Of a DNA stretch of 64,000 bases, positions 54,282-64,000 are shown piece after piece. A model generated the notes under the pieces. The model saw only the letters and a program-made list of their open reading frames with translations. It was not told where the DNA came from and did not search any database. The position numbers and the translations under genes are program-made. This DNA comes from Octopus vulgaris (Eukaryota): the NCBI GenBank assembly GCA_951406725.2, contig OX597833.1, positions 12,710,001 to 12,774,000 of the forward strand, in the 5' to 3' direction. The stretch's first letter is position 1. Each line of letters starts with the position of its first letter.

Positions 54282-54348
<67 letters not shown>

Positions 54349-54396
54349 CATATACATATATATATAAATCCAAAATTGAGTAATGAAGTAGATAAA

Positions 54397-54474
54397 ATCC
54401 ATGCTACACGTGTTTCATAGCTAGCAGAACCTCGGAAGTAGTAAATGCTACCAGCCACTCGTCGGGTCAAGGAT
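54397..54474 (-). ncRNA. Type I hammerhead motif with variant core CCGACGA
   Basis: AUCCUUGAC-CCGACGA-GUGGCUGGUAG..CUGCUAGCUAU-GAAA-CACGUG-UA^GCAUGGAU. Stem II is 11 bp with wobbles, stem III is palindromic, stem I is imperfect. Confidence 0.55.
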
Positions 54475-54705
54475 ACCTTAATCAAAAGAAGTTTACATTG
54501 TCATCAAGGGATCCCTAGTTAAGTCGTAGGCGTGGAAAATACAATGAAGAAAAGGGAAAGCATATTTGTGAAGAAGTAATAAGTAATATGTGGTATGTAT
54601 GTATGTATGTATGTATGTATGTATGTATGTATGTATGAATTAGCTGTCTTTTGGCTGCTAGTTCTAAATTTTCGGTATGCGGTGAAGCAACTTGTTGCTA
54701 AACCC

Positions 54706-54821
<116 letters not shown>

Positions 54822-54825
54822 TAAA

Positions 54826-54870
<45 letters not shown>

Positions 54871-55326
54871 CCAAAATGTACGTACGCCGCTATATATATA
54901 TATATATATATCAAATACAAAATGGGACAAGAACGCAAAACTTCCGGACAGTTAGGTAATGCAAAAAAGGATAACAAGACATCTAGATAGACGATATAAA
55001 GAAAACAAGGACGGTCATTCGAAGTTTTCTTTCCTCAGTCAAGCTCCAGATTATCCTCGCAATTGCGGCTGATTATTCTTGAGATTGCCCCAATCTGGCC
55101 AGCCCCAAGGAAAAACTAAGCTAAGAGCATTAGATTCCTTGGAAGAAAGCAACGAATGTATACAAAAACAAGGACGGAAAAAACGGACAAAGTTACACAA
55201 ATATAAATACAATTATAGATACAATAAAAATAATAACAGGACATTACAACAGGTGTCTTTCGACTAAGGACGAATTCAATTAAGCTGGCGCGATACAAAA
55301 ATTTCACAAACATAGGGAAGAATATC

Positions 55327-55558
55327 TATTTCTTTACTGCCCACAAGGGGCTAAACACAGAGGAGACAAACAAGGACAGACAAACGGATTAAGCCGATTT
55401 TATCGACCCCAGTGCGTAACTGGTACTTAATTTATCGACCTCGAGAGGATGAAAGGCAAAGTCGATCTCGGCGGAATTTGAACTCGGAACGTAACGACAG
55501 ACGAAATACGGCTACGCATGTCGCCCGGCGTGCTAACGTTTCTGCTAGCTCGCCGCCT
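55327..55558 (-). mobile_element. Family B SINE monomer (others at 1171, 1690, 30740, 40137, 56250)
   Basis: Full-length copy with head GGCGGCGAGCTAGCAGAAACGTTAGC. Confidence 0.85.
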
Positions 55559-56729
55559 TTAAGAATATCGATGTTGCACAGAAAACGGTCAGACCAAGAA
55601 AGAAAGAGCAGGCTTGGCTGATCGGCGGTCACGTGGGAAGAGAAGAGAGAGAAGTAGAAGCAGGGGGACAGAAGAATTAAGGAGGGTCGAGAAAAATGGA
55701 CAGGGACACAGTGAAGTGAAAAGTGGAGGGAAAGTGAAGTGAAAAGTGAATGCTGCAATTCCGTCAATGTACTTTTCCTACTGGAAGTGGGTCACTTCGT
55801 TATTGGTGTTTTGTTCTCGGAAACCATACAAAAGAGCCACAGATGCCACGTTGATATTAGTTACTAATAGGAATTAGCTGAAAAAGGGACAATGCAATAT
55901 AAATGCTGAACTGTATGAGCTAAATATCTCCGAAAAATACTTAATGTTATAATGGAACAAAAAATATTGAATTGAATACATAAAAGAATCTAAAAGTCTT
56001 TGAGCTAAAATTTTCGAAAGATATAAATAAATTGAAAAAAACAGAACACATTTAGAAATATAATTTTATATGCAGTATCATAATATATTTAGAGATAGTG
56101 TAGTTTGAATGAAGTTTTGTGTTGTATTTAGGTTAACCACGAATGCAAAGAAAAACTGAAAAAAAGTATTGATAATAGGCGGAAGTATGGCTGTGTGTTA
56201 AGAAGTCTGATACTCAACCATAGGCTCAGGCGTGGCTGTGTGGTAAGAAGGCGGCGAGCTAGCAGAAACGTTGGCACGCCGGGCGAAATGCGTAGCCCTA
56301 TTTCGTCTGCCGTTACATTCTGACTTCAAATTCCGCCGAGGTCGACTTTGCCTTTCATCCTTTCGGGGTCGATAAATTAAGTACCAGTTACGCACTGGGG
56401 TCTATATAATCGGCTTAATCCGTTTGTCTGTCCTTGTTTGTCTTCTCTGTGTGTAGCCTCTTGTGGGCAGCAAAGGAATAAGAAGCTTGCTTTCCAACCA
56501 CATGGTTCCAGGTTTAGTCCCACTGCGTGGTACCTTGGGCAAGTGTCTTTTACTGTAGCCTCGAGCCGACCAATTGCTTCTGGGTGGATTTGGTAGACGG
56601 AAATTGATAGAAGCCCGTCGTATACATATATAGTTAATCCAAACATGGAAACACAATGAGAAAACACAACATGGCGAGGACATGGAACAAATATAGTATT
56701 ATTGGACGCTCAGGAAGGAAGGGAAGAGG

Positions 56730-56764
56730 GTTTTACGTTTCGAGCGGAGCTCTTCGTCAGAAAC
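56730..56764 (-). ncRNA. Minimal type I hammerhead motif (dimer-type)
   Basis: GUUU-CUGACGA-A-GAGC(UCC)GCUC-GAAACGUA^AAAC. Stem III is reduced to palindromic ACGU, as in Penelope-associated minimal hammerheads. Confidence 0.7.
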
Positions 56765-57250
56765 ATAAGGAAAAGAAAGATCCAGAGAAGGAAAGACGGA
56801 GGGAAAAAATCGCCAACGGTACACACGCGGTCATATTTTGAATATATGTATATATCTACGTGTGTATCTTTGTGTCCGTGTTTGTCCCCTCCCCCACCAT
56901 CACTGCTTGACAACCGGTGTTTGTGTGTTTATGTCCTCGTGACTTGGCGGTTCGGTAAAGAGACCGATAGAATAAGTACTAGGCTTTAAAAAAAATCAGT
57001 CCTGGGGTCGATTCGCTCGACCCTTCAAAGCGGTGCTCCAGCGACTGACCGAAACAAGTAAAGGAATAGAAAAATGGAAGAATTTGGTTTCGAGTTCTGT
57101 CCCATTGCAAAGCATCTTGCACAAATGTTTTCGGCGATGGTCAATTGTTGCCAAGCTATGAATAATAGCGCGTAAACGTTGGGTTAAAACACTTTGGCTT
57201 GAAGGTTACTCGTTGGACTTGGACCCAGATTTTCGGTAAACATGTGCGCC

Positions 57251-57309
<59 letters not shown>

Positions 57310-57693
57310 TCACACACACAACAAATATCGTTTCAGTCAAAAAGAGGAAAATAAAAAAAAACAAAACAATGAATGCACAACGACAAAAATATTTGGAATG
57401 TAAATATTTATTATTCATTTTATCATCCTCATTCTCCTCCTCCTCTTCTTCCTCTTCAACATCATCATCAGCGTCTTCGTCAAAGTCATCATTGACGTCG
57501 TCGTCCTCCTCCTCCTCTTCGTCCTCCCTCCATCATCATCACCAACATCATCCTTATCAGCATCATTATCATAATTATTGTCATTATCACTCACTGCTTA
57601 CAAAAATAGTCAGTTTCATAATTCATATTAGTAATTATTTCATTTTATTTTGTTTTGATATATATATATATATATGTGTGTTATATATATATA

Positions 57694-57732
<39 letters not shown>

Positions 57733-57743
57733 ATATATATATG

Positions 57744-57860
<117 letters not shown>

Positions 57861-58176
57861 GTGCTATATTTATGTGCGCATGTATATGTGTGTATATATA
57901 TATACATATATATATATGTGTGTGTATATGTATATGTATGTATACGTATATATTATTATTTATGTATTTATGTGTGCATGTATATGTGTGTGTGTATATA
58001 TATATACATATATGTATGTGTTTATATGTATATGTATATGCGTGTGTATATGTGTCTGTGGTGATACATAGGAAGGTGCATGATTACACTTATACATGCA
58101 TGCATACATACACGTATATGTATGCATATATATATGTAGATATGTGTGAGCATATATATATGTATATATATATATG

Positions 58177-58333
<157 letters not shown>

Positions 58334-58433
58334 GGTGTTTGTCTTTATATAAAGTTATATATAAAAAACTTTAATGTGAATGATTACTCGATATTCACTG
58401 ATTTTTCACACAAGAAAATGGTTGACGATGGAC

Positions 58434-58496
58434 TCAAGTCTCGGCTTACTAATAGCCAGAAGACCGACTGATGAGGGCTGGTAAGCCGAAACTTGA
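58434..58496 (+). ncRNA. Hammerhead motif, best folded as type III
   Basis: UCAAGUC^UCGG..CCGA-CUGAUGA-G-GGCU(GGUA)AGCC-GAAACUUGA. Stem III is UCAAGU/ACUUGA, the triplet is GUC, and stem I is UCGG/CCGA. Confidence 0.65.
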
Positions 58497-58931
58497 AGGT
58501 CACAGTTAACCTATTCCGGGTAAAAAGAAAAAAAATATATATATACTGGCATATCTGTATGTATGTATGTATGTATGTATGTATGTATGTATGTATGTAT
58601 GTATGTATGTATGTATGTATGTATGTATGTATGTATGTATGTGTGTATGTATGTGTGTATGTATGTGTGTATGTGTGTATGTATGTATGTATTTATGTAT
58701 GTATATGTGTATGTACGTGTGTGTGTGTGTGTGTAATGTTTAAGGGAAATACGGAATAGCGCACTCATCGATATTTACCTTTGGTTTATTAAATTTCTTT
58801 TTTTTTAAATTTTTTCTTTAAATTTTTATTTCTCTTTTATTTTTTTCTTGTGGCAAGGTTGGCTGATGAGTGACATTATTCCCTATTTCATCTTGTTTTA
58901 ACATTTGTGCACATAACTATGGGCACCACTC

Positions 58932-58963
<32 letters not shown>

Positions 58964-59020
58964 AGTTCAGTAGTATATATAATATATATGTACCATAACT
59001 ACCGGAGTCATTCTTGTTGC

Positions 59021-59101
<81 letters not shown>

Positions 59102-59149
59102 CAGTAGTATTATACCAAACTACCGGAGTCATTCTTGTTGCTTATTTTG

Positions 59150-59207
<58 letters not shown>

Positions 59208-59318
59208 AATAGGGTTAAGGAACAAGTTGTTTAGCCACATACCGAAAATTTAGAAATAGCAGTCAAAGACCACTTATTCCTATTTTCTACAAACATTTCT
59301 AAATTTTCGGTATTTATT

Positions 59319-59378
<60 letters not shown>

Positions 59379-59488
59379 GAACTTTTTGTAAAAGTTCCTA
59401 TCGATAATGGTTATATTTCCATACCGAAACTACTGGGTAATAATTGTAAATTTTAAAATTAATAATTATTTACCCATATATTATTAAT

Positions 59489-59530
<42 letters not shown>

Positions 59531-60053
59531 CATATATATGTATAGTGTGTGTGCATATATATATATATGTATATATATATATGTATAGTCACACATACAT
59601 GTACAAATACATACGCATAATTTCTCTTTATATATATATATTCATGTATGTATATGCACACATATGTATATGCATTTTTGCGTGTACGTGCGAATGTATG
59701 TATATACGTACGTGTGTATGAACGTATGTATGTTTGTATCAAGGATTTCGCATGCGTGTGCGTTTAAGATTTTTTTACATTTTAAACATATGAGTATGTG
59801 TAGCATGTATATAAATATATGTATATATATATATGTATATGTGTGTATATATATATAACTACATATATCTTTATAAATCTATTTTTCATCGTCCGTCAAT
59901 ATATATGTGCGTATATGCATGTAATATCTCTATATATGTATAGTCATATATATGTTTTTTAGCAATATATATATGTGCGTATATGTATGTTCATATATGT
60001 TTTATAAATATGATAGTACAACAATATTTATCTCTCTATATATAATCTATGTC

Positions 60054-60155
<102 letters not shown>

Positions 60156-60193
60156 TATATATGCATGCATGTAAGATACATGCATATATCCCC

Positions 60194-60360
<167 letters not shown>

Positions 60361-61071
60361 TGTGCGTTAGAGAGAAACCTGTTTTCGGTTAAGAAGGATG
60401 ATAAAATTCTGAGCAAATTCAAAAAGAAAGTAAAGTATTTTTTTTTGTAGCAAGACAACAGAGAATGAAAATATTTTAAAAGATCATCGTCGACAACACA
60501 TTTGTAGTTTGTTTATATTTGGTTCGTATGTCTCTTAAATGTATCGTGGATCAAAAAATATTGTGAGTTCTATCATAGGCTCAGACGGGGTAACAGTTGA
60601 CTAAATCGATTAAATTGTTTAGTAGATTTATTTTATCGATCTCGGGAAATATGGAATGCGAATATGAGTATTCGCCGTGATTTGAACTCAGAATGTAAAG
60701 GGACTAACTTTTGCATGGCATGCTGTTTATCGCCATCATACTGGTTCAGTTAATCTACAGTCTTTGATTTTCTCTTGAGCGTCCGTCATACATTGACACG
60801 CGATAGTTTTGTAGAGTAAACACGTAGAATAAACGGACTGTTAAAAATATAACGAGAAATAAATATGCGTGATTTATTTTCCAGCAAATGCAGAAGATAA
60901 CTCTGAACAAGTTTCGGTTTTATTCCAACCTTATCAGCGAAGAAAAAAAAAGCGCTAAGTAAATGTACAAAATTGCATGTACATTGGTTGGTGTAGGAAT
61001 ATAGAATATGGAGTAAAAAAGACACTATCCGTATGAAGGCGAATAGTTAAATTGGTGTTAATATATTCAAT

Positions 61072-61375
61072 GTGGAGGCACATGGCCTAGTGGTTAGAGC
61101 AGCGGACTCGCGGTCGAGGAATCGCGGAATCGAATCTCTGACCGGGCGATCTGTGTGTTTTATGAGTGAAACACTTAAGCTCCACGCGGCTTCAGCAGAA
61201 GATAATGGCGAGCTTCTGCTGACTCTTTCGCCACAACTTTCTCTCACTCTTTCCTTCTGCATCTTGCAGCTCACCTCCGACGGACGGCGTCCCGTCTATG
61301 TGGGGAACCTATACGCCAAGGAAACCGGGAAACCGGCCCTAAGAGCCAGGCGTGGCTCGAGAAGGAACAAACAAT
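61072..61375 (+). mobile_element. tRNA-derived SINE, head as 3424 but different tail
   Basis: Alignable to 3424-3610, then diverges completely. Confidence 0.75.
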
Positions 61376-61776
61376 ATATTCAACGCATGGAACATTAGAA
61401 AGAAAACTAGAAATAAGCATTAATAACTGTGAGGAAGATTTAACTTGTTCAGAAGTTATCTATTGATCTACAGGGCCCGCTAGAAATTAATCAATAGTCT
61501 TGATTGAAATTTTTGGCACAAGGCCGGCAATTTCTGGGTAAAGGGTAAGTTGATTATATCGATCCAAGTGCTCGATTCGTACTTATTTTATTGACTCCGA
61601 CACAGTGGAAGACGAAGCCGTCCTCGGAAGCATTTGAACTGAAAACGTAAAGTCGGACAAAATGCCGGTAAGTATTTTTGTCCGGTGGGGTAACAATTCA
61701 GCCAGCTCGGCACCCTGAATAAATCAATAATGTTTAATATTTACTGCTTTTCAATAGAAACACTCACACGCACAAA

Positions 61777-61827
<51 letters not shown>

Positions 61828-61860
61828 ATAATAATAATAATGATAATAATAATAATAATG

Positions 61861-61915
<55 letters not shown>

Positions 61916-62163
61916 TATGAGGGAATATTATTCCAAACTTACAGGGAAAAATTCAATTTAGAAATACTAAATTAAATTTCACAAAATATAATATATATAT
62001 ATTTAAATTAGAAAAAAACCCCACCTGTTATCAATTCAATAACCAAAAATTAAATTATACCATTTAGAAAAATTACATATTATATATTATATATTATATG
62101 TAATTTTTCTAAATGGTATAATTTAAATTTTCATTATTGAATTGATAAAAGGTGGCTTTTTTC

Positions 62164-62235
<72 letters not shown>

Positions 62236-62300
62236 CATATGTATATGTAAACATATGTATATATACATAGATACATACATACATAGCATACATAGATACA

Positions 62301-62366
<66 letters not shown>

Positions 62367-63076
62367 CCATAGAGACAGAGAATAGAATATACGAGGAACT
62401 TTACTGCTCATAACGATCATTTCAACCCATTCCACATCAATCAGTCGCTAGTGGGATGCACCACAACCAGTTGTAAAATCACATGACAAGAGAGATCGAT
62501 GCAAGATGGGCCGAAACGATCGTTGTGAGCAACAAAGTTTCTAGTATATTTCCTTTCCAGTCTCTATCATTTGTTATATACACAATGAACACTAAAGAAT
62601 TGCTGAAGTAGCTCCAGCGACATTTGTGTAAATACTGTTGATGATGTCAGGTAGCCATAGGCAATAAACGGGCTTCACCGGCTAACTGCTAGGTGCATGC
62701 CCAATACTTGAATAATTACTTTATATATCTATATACGTAATATTTATTAGTTAAAGAAGAAAGCAGCAAGTTCTACCACCCTTGTAAAGTGGATACTTCA
62801 AGACTAGAGAGATCAGGACAGTAGGTTTTTTACTTAGAATTTCTGTAAATCGACATTTACCGGAAACACTTGGGCTTGAGGACAAAAGGGGCTGGTTTTC
62901 CAGAAGGGTATAGTATAGTACTGGGAACAAAGTTTAGTGCAGGATACGGAGAGCATGAGAAAGAGAACAGGGGATAATGGGCTCAGAAAACGTGAATTTG
63001 TCCGGTTAGTTATGTGGATGGTTTTGTGATTAGGTAGCTAGGTGGTTGAAGTGGGACAGGTGTAGACGTAGTAGTT

Positions 63077-63133
<57 letters not shown>

Positions 63134-63324
63134 GAGAAGGAACAGCTCGTTTGGGACTAATATATATATATATATATACATACATATATATATTTGTATG
63201 TATATATATACACATATATATGAATATACATATACATGTGTATGCATGTATATATATATATGTATACATATACATACATATATATACATATTGTATAATA
63301 ACATACATACATGTATACACACAC

Positions 63325-63376
<52 letters not shown>

Positions 63377-63438
63377 GGTATATATAGGTATAGATATTGA
63401 TATATATATATATCAATATCTATACTTATCTATACCAT

Positions 63439-63554
<116 letters not shown>

Positions 63555-63752
63555 GCTGTTAGGGGCATTTGTTTAATTCTCAAGAGGCTTAACAGCTATG
63601 TTGGGAAAACGTGTTTACTTAGGAATCGAAATAGTAAGCCGGAAATCGACCTTCCATAGCATACATCTTATTCTATATCATCAATTATGAATTGAAATAA
63701 ACCATATAATGGAAATTTTGCGCAGGTGGGACTCAATTTTGCATTTCACAAA

Positions 63753-63842
<90 letters not shown>

Positions 63843-64000
63843 TTTTATATATACATACGTATTAAATATTATATGTGTATATATGTATACAAGCACACAC
63901 ACACTGGCCAAATGTCCAGTATTTTGGTCAGAGAAGAAAGTATAGTCAGTCATACAAAATCAGTACGTTACTGGTACTGATTAGATCGATTATCGGAGGA

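Noticed and set aside
55010-55045. CUGAGGA motif on the minus strand
   Set aside because: GAAU replaces GAAA and there is no stem I.
60901-60942. Hammerhead-like motif on the minus strand (CUGAUAA..GAAAC)
   Set aside because: G8 is mutated, the triplet is GUU and stem I is mismatched; at most a relic.
62479-62528. Hammerhead-like GAAACGAUCGUU with a UCAC/GUGA stem
   Set aside because: The core reads AUGACAA and stem II is unpaired; relic only.

Overview
AT-rich, microsatellite- and repeat-saturated animal genomic DNA. The SINE repertoire points to an octopus or other coleoid cephalopod (inference). One intact protein-coding gene is present: RECQL5 on the minus strand, reconstructed as 3 coding exons (21097-20998, 10384-9620, 7882-4626; 4122 nt, 1373 aa) with helicase, RQC-Zn, KIX/IRI and SRI regions. 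The rest is mostly transposon debris: several tRNA-derived SINE families, Helitrons, GG..CC TIR elements with 8-9 bp TSDs, and decayed Penelope-like, RTE, CR1, R4/Dong-like and hAT fragments. The most notable unannotated signal is a dispersed set of hammerhead-ribozyme motifs, folded by eye. They sit in short, often fold-back inserts next to (TA)n/(TAA)n microsatellites. Two are in sense orientation inside RECQL5 intron 1, and two share a non-canonical CCGACGA core. Other leads are a ULM-like splicing-factor motif in RECQL5, SINE concatemers with an invariant junction, and an orphan exon with strong splice sites. Nearly all short ORFs in the supplied track are microsatellite or SINE artefacts.
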